From assembly GCA_951406725.2 (NCBI GenBank), contig OX597814.1, positions 144,956,001-145,020,000 on the forward strand: a stretch of DNA of 64,000 bases. Direction: 5' to 3'. A program made the position numbers and the translations under genes. This document shows positions 26,133-39,044 of this stretch, piece after piece (within the stretch, counting starts at the first letter, position 1; each line of letters begins with the position of its first letter). Source of the DNA: Octopus vulgaris (lineage: Eukaryota). The notes beneath the pieces are model-generated. The model saw nothing but the letters and a program-made list of their open reading frames with translations, did no database searches and was not told where the DNA came from.

Positions 26133-27091
26133 AAAGGCACACGTATATATACACATTCATGTATATATATGTATATGTACATATATATATATATATACAT
26201 CTACATATATACATCTACACACACACATATATATATATATATACACATATATATTTATACATATATATATATATATACATTCATATACAGATAAACATGC
26301 ACGCACAACACACACACAGAAGCATTCACACACTCACACAAGCACACACGCACACACACACACACACAGATATATATATTTACATTACGTGTATGCATCC
26401 ATAGATTCACGAATAGAGATGTATACACATTCATTTATATATATATACGATCGTGTGCATGCTCTGACGCCCTCACGCACTTAGACATTCCCACACACGC
26501 GCGCGTACACACACGCACGCACACATACACACGCACACACACATACTTACACAAACACACCTACTTGTGTCTGTACAGTACTTTGTTTTTGCTTTCGCGA
26601 TACAATCTTTATAAACGCAATAATATGTGTACACAGTTTATACAAGAGGAAAACTCTTATCTATTTGTTCCATCATTCCACCTTACCATTTATTTACACT
26701 TCAGCTACTCATCTTAAGTAGCTATTTATCTTGGCAGTTTGTCTATCTAAAGTATTATGTTTTGATAAAGAAAAGTCAGTTTTGTTTAACAAACTGTAGT
26801 TATAGATTTTGTACCATTAGTCATTTTACACATTGCACTACAAAATATCTTCGATTTGTAATTTCAAACTTAGAAATAAAAATCAAAGAGAATTTAAAAA
26901 AAATATGCATTTATTTATTTATTTTCATTGAAACGTATATTGTATGTAAAATAGATGAATGGCATTCAGAATTTCAGAATATAATTAGTTACTTATTTTA
27001 ATATTCATAAATTCAAGAATGTATGTATGTATGTATGTATGTATGTATGTATGTATGTATGTATGTATGTATGTATGTATGTATGTATGTA

Positions 27092-27129
<38 letters not shown>

Positions 27130-27405
27130 TACATTTACATGTATCTATTATATATATATACTCTTTTATATGTGTGTGTGTGTGTAAAGAAAGTGTGAAA
27201 ATGTGTGAAGAATGATAATTGCATGAAAAAATAGTAACGTAGCTGACACATAAACGCATGAATACACACACACACTCACATGCATGTGTGTGTGCGTGTA
27301 TGTGAGTGTATTTATGTATATGTATATATGTATGTATCCATATATATACATATATATACATATATATATATATATATACATGTATATGTAGTAGATATAT
27401 ATGCA

Positions 27406-27445
<40 letters not shown>

Positions 27446-27513
27446 GACATATGTAGTAGATACATATGTATACACACACACACACACACACACATATACA
27501 TATATATATGTAG

Positions 27514-27563
<50 letters not shown>

Positions 27564-27660
27564 CTGTTCATGCATCTGTGTTTCCATATCTATCTATCTA
27601 TCTTTCTATATAACTACCACTCCTAACACACATATACACACACACGTTCATATTACATTA
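24565..27660. repeat. Microsatellite-dense zone: (TA)n, (TATG)n, (CA)n, (TCTA)n, with SINE remnants at ~24835-25175
   Basis: Read directly; the YIYI/HTHT/MYVC ORFs here are artefacts. Confidence 0.9.
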
Positions 27661-29156
27661 TTTATGGTGATTTTTCAGCATATTGCATAACAAAGTTTAT
27701 AACATTCACAGAAAATATTTGTGTACCAAGCGCAAACAAACGAATTTACAGAGTTGTATGTTTTTTTTCTCTTTCTTGGAATGATGTTGCATAAAAATTA
27801 CATTTTGTACCATAAATTTATAATATTCAGGCAGCCTAAAAAGAAAATAACTTTTGCTATAAATCATAAGTAGAAATAATCTTGTTAGCTGCCCGAAGTA
27901 AAATAGGAAGTGATTCGTTGAAATTCATTAAAAAAATATTTCTTTAGATTCATGAAATATTCTATTTTAAAGTGTAAGCAATTTAAATAAAACTAACAAA
28001 TTAAGCTGAAATATAAGTTGGTTTTAAATAAATACAGTCACATATTCTTTGTGTAATTCAATGTAAAATTGAAATCTAAATTGCTGATTCCAATAACTGT
28101 TGAAATAAATAGATTCTTTGAGTGTATATAGTTTCATTGTATACAGCAAGAATAATGTTGATGTATAGAATAATAAAACTGATCAGTCTTGCCGAGAAAA
28201 GTTCCAAGAACGGGAATGTAATTAAATGGCTCGTCAGCAGAAGAAACAAATTATGCTAAATAATGTATGACTGTCACTTAGATTCCACTATAAATGTGCG
28301 TTCAAATGGAATTAGACAACTGTGAAGGTGTGTGGCCGAGTGGTAAAAATGTTATGCATACAATCATGATTTCGATTCTTGGACCACGCGGTAAGTTGCT
28401 TTGTTGAGTAAAACGTTTCACTTCACGTTGGTTCAGTCTGTAAACCTGCATCGGACTGGTTTTCCATTGCGGGTGAATGTTATGATTTCGGTCATTTATA
28501 GACCATACAGGAGTAGTAGATTGTACTTACATTTAATTAGATCACTGTAGAGAAAATTGCTGTGTAGTTTTAGACAGATCGAAATCGGAGTTCAACTGTT
28601 CAATATCCACTACTACGGGGTATTTGTTCTGAAGTAGAAATAGTCTTCACTGTTGCTTTTTGTTGATGCTGTTTTGAAGATTCTAGGCAATAATGAGATC
28701 TGCATGGTTCATGTTTTCCTTTAACAGCTCAAGTTGGTGGCCAAAGTAAAAACGGAGGAACATAGGTAGAGAGGGAATTATAGGACGCAAACGTTCTGGG
28801 TAGGAATAATTGTGAGAGCAGTTAGCGCGGAACCTCGAAGTAGGGATGGACATGATAAAGCGTTAAAAGGAGTGAGGACGAATGAGTAGCGAGAGTCTGA
28901 ATAACTGTGGGTTCTGATTTGTTCCGAGTAATCCCAGTCATTGCAATAGGGTTTGAAAGGCAGATTGATGAAATGCTCGCCTGTAAGCCAGTGGTAGGCT
29001 AACAACTTTAAACCAACCTGTTGGGTGAACTGCTTTTGGATGTAGTCTAGGATGTCTCTATGAAGGATAGCAGCACAATTCCACGTACTAAATTAAATTC
29101 TTTTAGATATAATTATTAGTGAAAGAAGCAATGTTAATAACAAAAGGTATTATTAA

Positions 29157-29797
29157 AAGTGGATGTTGTGTCAGAACACACAATACTGTAATAGCTACCG
29201 TGAGAGAAACTCTCATATGGGTTTTTGGTGCATATAAGCACTCTTGTTTACATCGCCAGCAGGCGGATAATTGCTGGCCATTGCCACCGCCGCAACTGCC
29301 AGATCACGTGATTTCGGACTTCCCTAGCCTCGTCAGTGGCAGACACTCGGACGCTGGAGATAGCAGCGATATGTCTGCTAGTGATATACATAGAATCTCA
29401 GTGCCTAAACAGGCACCGAAAGCCGATATGAGAGTTTCTCTCGTGGTAACTATCGCAGTATCTTGTGTACTAATACAACATCCATTTTTAAGTATTAATA
29501 CTGCTTCTATCGTTCATAATTAGTTTTAATAAACCGACTAGCTGTTTGCGACACCAGTGCCTGTTCTGGTACTGTAATTCTAGATATCGCTTTCTCCAGC
29601 GTCCGAGCATCTACCATTTACCAGGCTTCGAAAGGCCGAAATTATGTGATCTCGTAGTCTCGGCGTTGGGAATGGCGGCTGACTTATCTCCCCGCTAGCG
29701 ATGTATACGAGAGCGCTTATATACAGCCAAAGCCTATATGAGAGCTTCTCTCATAGTACCTGCCGCAGTATCCGGTGTTCTAACACAACATCCACTT
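29157..29797. mobile_element. Fold-back MITE with ~260-bp arms and TTAA flanks (Kolobok- or piggyBac-type target)
   Basis: TTAA|aagtggatgttgtgtcagaacac ... gtgttctaacacaacatccactt|TTAA. An additional right end ends at TTAA 29488-29491. Confidence 0.75.
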
Positions 29798-30859
29798 TTA
29801 AGTGTGGATAAATATTATATTTTAAATATTATTTTAATTTAGCACATAAAGCTAACGAGCATGTGACTGCTCCTATGTCATCTCGTTATTAGAATCCTAT
29901 AAATATTCTGCATATAGGAAGGTCGTAGCTTTATACAAATAGAAATCTACTATAACGAATCTCCAGTAGATATAGCAAATACTCTACTCTTTCCTCTAGA
30001 TTTAGCAACTAAACAGTGAGATGATAAGGCAGATGAATAAAAATATAGACAATTTACAAAAGGACACATATCTACTCAATGGTATGTGACTTGTCAAAGC
30101 ATTAATTTAACGTACTGAAGTTTCTCTTGGAAGCAGCAGAAATATAAAGAACATCAGACTAATCGAAAGCACTTAAACATAGATATACTTTGCTTTCTGT
30201 TCCTTTAGGTTTCCATAAATCTTCATTCTCACAATATCATGGTCTCAATATGTCTAGGTCTAGAGCATGACAGATGAAAATATTCATTATTTCAAAAGAA
30301 GACGGGAATTGTGTCTACATAAACAAATAGGTTATTGCTTATTGAGAAGTACAAAATTTTAATGCAGATATTTAATATATTGTACAGAAAATATGAATTG
30401 ATTTTGACTTGCCGAAATCAGTTTTCTGTTTAAAATTTTCATTTTACCCACTGGGTCTGAAAAATGAGATTTTTCAACGGTTGCATGGTTTAATGGTTTC
30501 CAATCCAAATTTGCGCATTTTTACACGCTTTTTTAATATATCGTTATTTTAACTACGAATAAAATCTCTTACACTGCCATTACTTTATATTAAACGATGA
30601 ACTTCTCGGCAAATATTTTTCAAATATTTTTCTATTATAACATATATCTACAGATATTGTTTTTGCATCCATGCACAGAATTGCCCAATATAGAAATAAT
30701 ATTCAGAACACGACTGTTAAAATGCGGTTTTCTGTTACTATTAAGTCATGTTGCTTCAGTCAAAAACGGAAACTTCATGTAATAATGCATGGAAAAATTA
30801 ATCTCAGAAAAAATAAATGTAGTGAATAACTTTCCTTTTAATTTTAATATATATATACA

Positions 30860-31246
30860 CTAGCAGTATCGCCCGGCGTTGCTCAGGTTTGTAAGGGAAA
30901 TAACTATAAAGCATTTTTAGAGAGTTATAGCCAAAAAATAGCAAAAAATGGAAAAAAAATTATGGTAAATTTTTTTTTGAGAGTAAAAAAAGGTTGAGTT
31001 GCGTCCCCTAGACAGTCTGTGGTTTGTTTTTTTTGATTCTCGACCCCATGTCGAATTTATCGATTTTTTTCAGAACTGGGGTTAACTTTTCAAAATTTTC
31101 GCTGCGTTAGTTTTGAATTATGACATTGGGCTATGTGTGTGTCAAGTTTCATCAGAATCGGTTGAAAGCCGTGGTCAGGGTGAGGGTACGAGAAAACAGA
31201 CACACAGAAACACGCACAGACAAACTGCCGTTTATATATAGAGAGA
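30860..31246 (-). mobile_element. Non-autonomous Helitron
   Basis: Minus strand begins TC(tctatatataaac) and ends with hairpin cctgagcaacgccggg then CTAG. It sits between A and T with no TSD. Confidence 0.85.
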
Positions 31247-31344
31247 TATATATTAATGTGTGTGTATATATATAAAACCTGGAAATGAATGTGTGGCCTT
31301 CGATCATATAATAGTATGAATAATATATAAATATATGCAAATAT

Positions 31345-31770
31345 ACATACATATACGTACATACCTACATATATATGTATATATACATGCATAGATGGGT
31401 ACAGGACATAAAAAACGTAGACAAAATGAGAAACGAGAACATAAAAAACATAGAAGACGTACTTTTTTCGACCAACGAAAGAAAGAAACAGAGAAACGAG
31501 ACAGGCAATACAAAAAACATTCCCTTCATCAGTTGTCCCCGAAACGTGGAGTAGATAAAACAGGGGAAAATTGATGAAGGGAATGTTTTTATGTTGCCTG
31601 TTTAGTTTCTCTGCTTGTTTGTTTCTTTCGTTGTTCGAAAAAAAGTTAGTTTTCTATGTTTTTGTTTCTCCATGTTCTCGTTTGTCATTTTGTCTACGTT
31701 TTTTTTATGTCCTCTATCCATATATGCATGTATATATACATATATATGTATGTATGTACATATATGTACA
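31345..31770. repeat. Large imperfect palindrome (~190-bp arms)
   Basis: ggacataaaaaacgtagacaaaatg...cattcccttcatcagttgtcccc versus ggggaaaattgatgaagggaatg...cattttgtctacgttttttttatgtcc. Confidence 0.9.
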
Positions 31771-32489
31771 TATATGTTGTTTCAGTCGTTTGACTGCGGC
31801 CATGCTGGAGCACCGCATTTAGCGAGCTAATCGACCCTAGGACTTTCTAACCGCTAGGTTACGGGGACGTAAACGCACCAGCATCGTTTGTCAAGCGATG
31901 TCGGGGGATTGGCAAACGCAGACAAACAAACTCACACACACACACACACAAACACGCACACACACATATATATATAAATAAGCCCACTCACCTCTACACA
32001 TCCCTACTCCACCTTCCCTATCCTTCCCATCCCCCATCCTATCCCACCCCTCCCCACATACCCTACCTCTACCCCACCCTCCGCCTTCCCACAAACCCCA
32101 ACTCTACTCCAACCCTCAGCCGACCCACACCCCACCCGTGCTTTCCCACTCTCGCCCCCACCTCCCAACAACATCACACCACACCACAGTACACCATACA
32201 ACATTACACATCACAACACAACACACTACCCACACACCCATCCCCACATTTTCACACCTACACATACATACACGCACACGTCCAGACCACCAGCCCTCTT
32301 TCACACGCACATACATACTCTCTTATACACACACGCAACTTCGTGTTGGGGGTCATCTTTACCTTCTTATCTATCCTACTTTCCTTCTCGTGCGTGACCC
32401 TTCTGTCCGGCACTAGTCGCCATGATAGATCATTAGCCACTACACACATTTTTTCTCTCCTTGTTTCTCTCCTTGTTTTTTCTGTGTCC

Positions 32490-32525
32490 CTTTCTGTAGA
32501 AGAGCGTAGGCTCGAAATGTAAAAG
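32490..32525 (+). ncRNA. Hammerhead-like motif (variant core CUGUAGA) near the end of a TA-anchored repeat
   Basis: cttt CTGTAGA a GAGC gtag GCTC GAAA tGTA aaag; second copy at 34055-34090. Confidence 0.5.
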
Positions 32526-32612
32526 ACTTTTTCTGTTCCTGAGCGTTATACTAATACATCTGTTTGTTTTGTACACCACCTGTCTTCGTCTTTTGTTTTT
32601 TTCGTAAACTCT

Positions 32613-32655
<43 letters not shown>

Positions 32656-32860
32656 CTAGAAATACCAGCGATAATAATTTATTTTATCGCAATTTGACTT
32701 GGTTACATATTTCTCGATAAATTTTGAGCGTTAGACAATATACCAGAAATCCCTAGTTTTGTCGGGACGTTCTGAGTCTGCGCAGTGATCTGATTAGTTA
32801 GAGAGAATAAATCATTAGAAGCACATGCCTCTAGTGAGTTAGGATCTCAGAACAACAGGG

Positions 32861-32934
32861 CTCTTACCGATGAATTCTCCCTGAGCAAATAAATTATCTT
32901 TATTGCTGAAAAGAACGAAACTGCAGTCTAAGAG
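32861..32934 (+). ncRNA. Minimal type I hammerhead ribozyme, one core substitution
   Basis: Stem I ctctta/taagag, core CCGATGA, stem II ttct/agaa, GAAA, palindromic stem III ACTGCAGT, GUC site. Confidence 0.7.
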
Positions 32935-33093
32935 GAACCGAGTTAGTAAATGTTTTTATCTTCATTTCACTAAATTTATCTAGCTTCTGTGTTTCTAGCA
33001 CATATTTCGCCTTAATGTACTGATATATGAAAAATATATGGCTTGTGCTAGAAATACCAGCAATAATAATTTATTTTATCGCAATTTGACTTG

Positions 33094-33149
<56 letters not shown>

Positions 33150-33608
33150 CAGGCTTATCTCACTTTCCGTCTACCAAATCCACTCACAAGGCTTTGGCCG
33201 CCCCGAAGCTAAACTAGAAGACATTTGCCGAAGGTGTCAAGCAGTGGGACTGAACTCGGAATCATGTGGTTTGTAAGCAAGCTACTTACTGCACAACCAC
33301 TCCATTTAGAGATGTGTGTATGTCTGTATACACATGTGTGTGTGTGTGTGCTGCTCTAAAGTTGAATACTCTATTCACCGTCATATTTCGCCCTATGAGA
33401 ATGACTTTTCCTTTCAGAAGAAGTAAGTAACATGTTTTCCTTCAAATTTACCAGAACCAGTTAAAAATGGTTATGCGGCAAGAAGATTGATTCCCAACTG
33501 CATAGTTGCACTGGGTCCACCTTGCGCAAGTGTCTTCTACTAAAGCCTGAGGCCAACCAAAACCATTCACTGACTTGATTTATCAGGTGGATACTGAAGG
33601 AAGCCCGT

Positions 33609-33669
<61 letters not shown>

Positions 33670-33918
33670 TTGTGTGTATGTGCCTGCTCGTCCAATATTA
33701 CCACTTGACAACCGGTACTGGTGTGTTTACGGCCCTGTATATTAGCCATTCGCCAGAAGTGGCCGACAGAATGAGTACCAGGCTTAATAAAAGTTCTAAA
33801 GTCATCCTAGGCGGTGCTTTAGTATGGCCACAGTCTAATGATTGAAACAAGTAATACGTACATACATACATATACATACATAATACATACATACCTGCAT
33901 ACACACACACACACATAC

Positions 33919-33988
<70 letters not shown>

Positions 33989-34054
33989 GTATATGATTGA
34001 TTGCTTGCCACTAAATCTTTTTTTAATTTTCTCTCTCTGTTTATGTCTGTGTTC

Positions 34055-34090
34055 ATTTCTGTTGAAGAGCGTAGGCTCGAAACGTAAAAG
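34055..34090 (+). ncRNA. Hammerhead-like motif (variant core CUGUUGA)
   Basis: ttt CTGTTGA a GAGC gtag GCTC GAAACGTA aaa. The surrounding 34005-34165 is homologous to 32435-32615. Confidence 0.5.
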
Positions 34091-34159
34091 ACTTTCTCCC
34101 CAGCGTTAAACTAATACATCTGTCACACCCGTCTTCGTCTTTCGTTTTGTTTTTTTTCC

Positions 34160-34206
<47 letters not shown>

Positions 34207-34207
<1 letters not shown>

Positions 34208-34348
34208 TTTATTTAAAGCAGCAGAAAATTCAACAAAATCTGTTACTCTAAGTTTCTCGTTGCCTTTCATCAGACAGTTGTCTGATGAACGGCAACGAGA
34301 AACTCAGAGTAACAGATTTTGTTGAATTTTCTGCTGCTTTAAATAAAG
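34207..34348. repeat. Near-perfect palindrome carrying one hammerhead motif per arm, inside (TA)n
   Basis: ~70-bp arms centred on gacagttgtc. Right arm reads ttgt CTGATGA a CG gcaa CG a GAAA CTC a GAG TA acag (34278-34316). Confidence 0.85.
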
Positions 34349-34417
34349 CATATTACTCTACCACTGGTATTTGAGTACTCTTTTTTCCACCTTGTTTCAC
34401 ATTTATGTGTTTACTCC

Positions 34418-34456
<39 letters not shown>

Positions 34457-34864
34457 GTGTGTGTATGTGTGCATATCATTACACATCTGTTACATATATA
34501 TTTCTATATGTGGTTTGTGCATATACACTCATCACGTTTGATATAATTAAAACTACCATATAAACGTTAACGCAAAGAAAAGAAATACAAGGACATATAG
34601 AAGATTATGTACTTTTACTTATATATGTTGGGGGCTAATGATAATCTTTTCCCTGAAATAGCGTAAAGTTTTACTGGTTGAAAGACTTCATCTGAAAAAT
34701 TTGCCCGTTCTCTGTGTTATTTTCATTTCAGATTTAATTAGAATGTTTAATTACGATTCTTATCTGTATCAAATTTATAATTATTGCCGCTATCATGGTC
34801 GACATTTTCTTTCACTAAGAGCAGAATTTTCATTATCACCATATCTCCAACCATATCCCATGTG

Positions 34865-34926
<62 letters not shown>

Positions 34927-35913
34927 GTATGTATATGATGACGAAAGCAGCTATACGCAATATAAAACTAAAAAGGAAAAATTCAGTTGTCACTACTTTT
35001 GTTTGAGGGTGCCGGGCAGTACCTATATTGCTAGAAATAAGAGTTAAAACACTTAGAGACGCATGAAAGCATATTTTACATATATTGATTTTGGGTTTTA
35101 TATTGCGTATAGCTGTATTCATCATTTTATAATTTTCACATTAGCATTTTGCTAAATCAGCCATAAATTTATATTGTAAATATATATACACTGATAGACC
35201 AGCTTTAGCTAAACCATTCAGCGATGGAGTAGTAACTATTGACGCGCTTGTAATTTTCTAGTACGGGGCGGTTATATCCCCTGTCAGTATATGAAAATGT
35301 GCTTTCCTGCAGCTCTAAGGGTTTTAACTCTTATTTGTGGTTGGACGGCTACTTCTTGCATCGTTCACAGATCCCTTGGTCATCAGCTTGGCATGACAAC
35401 TTTTTATTGTCTCCAAATGTTGTGTTGCATGCGTACCTTTCCATGCACACCACCATCGCTGAACCAAAACAATAGAATTCCGCACTTCATAGCGTTCTGC
35501 TATCTTTTATTCGCTCCTGAACATTCAAGCAACCGGCCATCTAGAAAATAAGAAATAGACAATAGGAAAATAAAAAAATCCTCATTATTGTTGTCTGTTT
35601 AAGAATGTTTTCGTCATTGCTTCAGTGATACAAAAAATTCAGTAAGCAGTATATATATATGTTTGTATGTATATACGTATATGTGTGTCTTTTGTGTGTA
35701 TTTCATCTTTTCTTGTACTTGCTTCACTCATTAGACTGCGGCCATGCTGGGGCACCCCTTGAAGACTCTTAGTTGAACAAATGGTCCCCAATATTTTTTG
35801 TTTTTAGTCTCTGGCACTTATTCTATCGGTCACTTTAGCAGAACCTCTAAGTTAGGACATAATCATACCAACACCAATTGTCAAGCGGAGGTGAGGGACG
35901 AACACACAGTTAA

Positions 35914-35950
<37 letters not shown>

Positions 35951-36130
35951 AACACACACATACACACACATATGTATATACAACAGGCTACTTTCGCTTT
36001 CGGTCTATCAAACTCACTCCTAAGGCTTTGGTGTGCTCGAGGTTGTAGCAGAAGGCACTGAACCACACTGTGAGACTGAACCCGGATCCATGTGAGGGGT
36101 ATGCAAACTTCTTAGCATACAGTTCTACAA

Positions 36131-36180
<50 letters not shown>

Positions 36181-36186
<6 letters not shown>

Positions 36187-36620
36187 GTAAATATAATATG
36201 TGAGAATTATTCGGTAGTCATGATAAAACTCCGGGTTTCGGATGTCGGGGCGGAAATCCATCCGCCATCTCTTCAGTTATCGGGCCATCGAAAGAAAAAA
36301 TGCTATGAAAATGACCGTTAAACAAAGAGAAATTACTCTATGATTGACCGTTATTAAGACAATGATTACTATGAACATTTTTACTCCCTTACCTTTACTC
36401 CCTCCCCTTATCTAGCGGTCATTCTAATAGCTCTTTTGTCTTAATAACAGTAATTTCAATCACACAGTAATTTCCCTTTGTTTAATGCACATTTTTATAG
36501 CATTTTTTTGCGATGGCCCGATAACTGAAGAGATGCTGGCGTAGGTCTCCGCCCCGACATCCGAAACTCGGAGTTTTATCATGGCTACCGAATAATTGTC
36601 ACATATATTTACAGATATAT
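36181..36620. repeat. Inverted repeat (~190-bp arms) within a (TA)n-flanked insert, each arm with a hammerhead
   Basis: atatctgtaaatata..tgtgagaattattcggtag versus ctaccgaataattgtcacatatatttacagatat. Confidence 0.9.
36520..36580 (+). ncRNA. Minimal type I hammerhead ribozyme
   Basis: gataa CTGAAGA gatg..catc c GAAA CTC g GAG TT ttatc; mirror copy at 36222-36281 on the minus strand. Confidence 0.75.
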
Positions 36621-36682
36621 TCCTCTATTTACATAATATCGAGGTCTTTTTCATTCTTTTGTTGTCTTGCCATTTCTATCAG

Positions 36683-36725
<43 letters not shown>

Positions 36726-37019
36726 CGCGGTGGATTTTGAAAAATTATAACATATAAACACGAGGCATGTTCTGTATCGCCTCGTATTTATATATTAACC
36801 ATGGCTTCCTGCTGATGAGCGCCTCGCCAATTGGAAATTATTTTATTTACAAAAGATTGCTTGAAAATATGCACAGTCCAGGAAAAATAGGGTAAATATT
36901 TTATTTTTCCTTACCTTTCGAAATTACCACTATTTAGTGGTTTGTAGTTTAACTACTCTTTCTAGCAAATCAGATGACCTGTTATGGCCATATCTTATGT
37001 ATTTAAATGTACAGTGTAT

Positions 37020-37091
<72 letters not shown>

Positions 37092-37189
37092 GCGTATATG
37101 TATATGTATATCTATATATATAAGCCTGCAGCCGATAAGGTGTGATTATAGGCTTGCTGGATCAGGGTTGACGTCAACAACATTAACAA

Positions 37190-37398
37190 CAGTAATTATC
37201 ATTATCACCAATCTTATACACACCATTATCCTCCTCCTCCTCCTTATTATGATGACGATCATCATCATCATCATCATCATCATCACAATTGCCTATATTT
37301 TAGGCATCACCACTATCGAGATCTCCAACATTCGTATGTTTTTCATTTTCTATATCATTATCACCATGATAAAAAACGATGACGATAATGACGATGCT

Positions 37399-37433
<35 letters not shown>

Positions 37434-37690
37434 GTTTTATTGCGTTAATTCTACCCTACTTTTCCTTAACTGCCGTCATCACCACCGCTATCACCGTCAT
37501 AATCCAACTTCATTATCCCGCCCCCACCGTCATAATCATAACTGTCATTAACTCCCTGCTATCAATCTTTGTCTCATTATCTTCTCCACATTTTTTTTTA
37601 TCCCCTTCCTTCTCACCAACAGTCAGGATCATTATCGTCGTTCTCTGTAGGTATTATTACTGGTCACATTATCGGCCTTATAAGCATCTA

Positions 37691-37723
<33 letters not shown>

Positions 37724-37980
37724 TATCATCATCATCATCATCGTCGTCGTCGTCATCGTCGACGTCATGGTCATGGTCATCATCTTCGTCGTCGCTGTGA
37801 ACCTTATCGACAGTATGATCATACATCCTCATCATCGTCATTTTCATTATTAACGTTGTCGTCATCGTCGTCGGCGACATCATCACAGCACGTTCATGAT
37901 CATCAGCATCATCATCACCATCGCCATCATCTCCATCATCACCACCGTCATCATAACCACCGTCATCATCATCATCGTCG

Positions 37981-38015
<35 letters not shown>

Positions 38016-38262
38016 GTCGTCGTCGTCGTCATAGACCATGCTATTCCGGACGTCTCAATTGTTGTTTGATAAAAATAATATCTCCTGTCAAGATGTATTT
38101 TGGTTCAATTCAAGTATCAACACAATTGTTATCGCTAATGCTTTGCAACAACAACAACAACAACGAAACAACGATGACAACAACTACAAGAGCAGCCACA
38201 ACAAAACAACACTAGTAATAATAGTAATAATAATAATGATAACAATTATTTCATTATCATGA

Positions 38263-38320
<58 letters not shown>
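37190..38320. repeat. Degenerate (CAT/CGT)n, (CAA)n and (ATT)n low-complexity tract
   Basis: Read directly; gives poly-H/D/I ORFs in several frames. Confidence 0.9.
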
Positions 38321-38487
38321 CGCTAAAAATAATTGGTAAAATGGACAAAACGCCAGAAAACAGCAAAAATACAAAAATAAAATGAATAACAGATGTAAAA
38401 TGGAAAACAAACTTAAGAAACAATATAAATATAAGAAAGGGTGAACGAAACGTCTGTTGAATGATGCATTATGTCTGGATATAATTT

Positions 38488-38535
<48 letters not shown>

Positions 38536-39044
38536 TGTTTATTTCTTATTTATTTCACAAACTATTGGTTTCTCAAAGCATTATTAAAAATTATTCTCTC
38601 ACACATTCATGCATAGACACTAAATCACGGTGCATCTATAATTTAGTAACAACTCATTGTAACAACTCGGTGAATGAGTTTTTTGCAATTACCTGGATAT
38701 GCATCTTAATCTTAAGAGGTTCGAGTGTTTAAGAGTCGTAGTCCAATACACGAATGCAGTGCCTCAATATGGTTCTCACTTAAATTTTCGTCTAATTATG
38801 GTGGAAATATTTCTCCCCTTCTTGAGAGAAATTTTACTCTTTGTGGTAAAATTTTGGCAATATATATACGAAATCGACATGCGAGACAATGTGATATTAT
38901 AAGGTGTAGCATTTATGTCTCGGTCTAAAATTTGACGGTTTGCATAAAATCAAAAAGCAACACAATATCTCATGTGAAAGATGAATATGTTTTAGATGAG
39001 ATAAGAAATATATAAACTAGATTATGGCAAGGAGATAACAGTTT

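Noticed and set aside
24465-27613. Many YIYI/MYVC/HTHT ORFs
   Set aside because: Stop-free microsatellites.
37379-38215. 278-aa His-rich ORF and overlapping poly-Asp ORF
   Set aside because: Translation of degenerate (CAT)n repeats; open in several frames and on both strands, with no domain.
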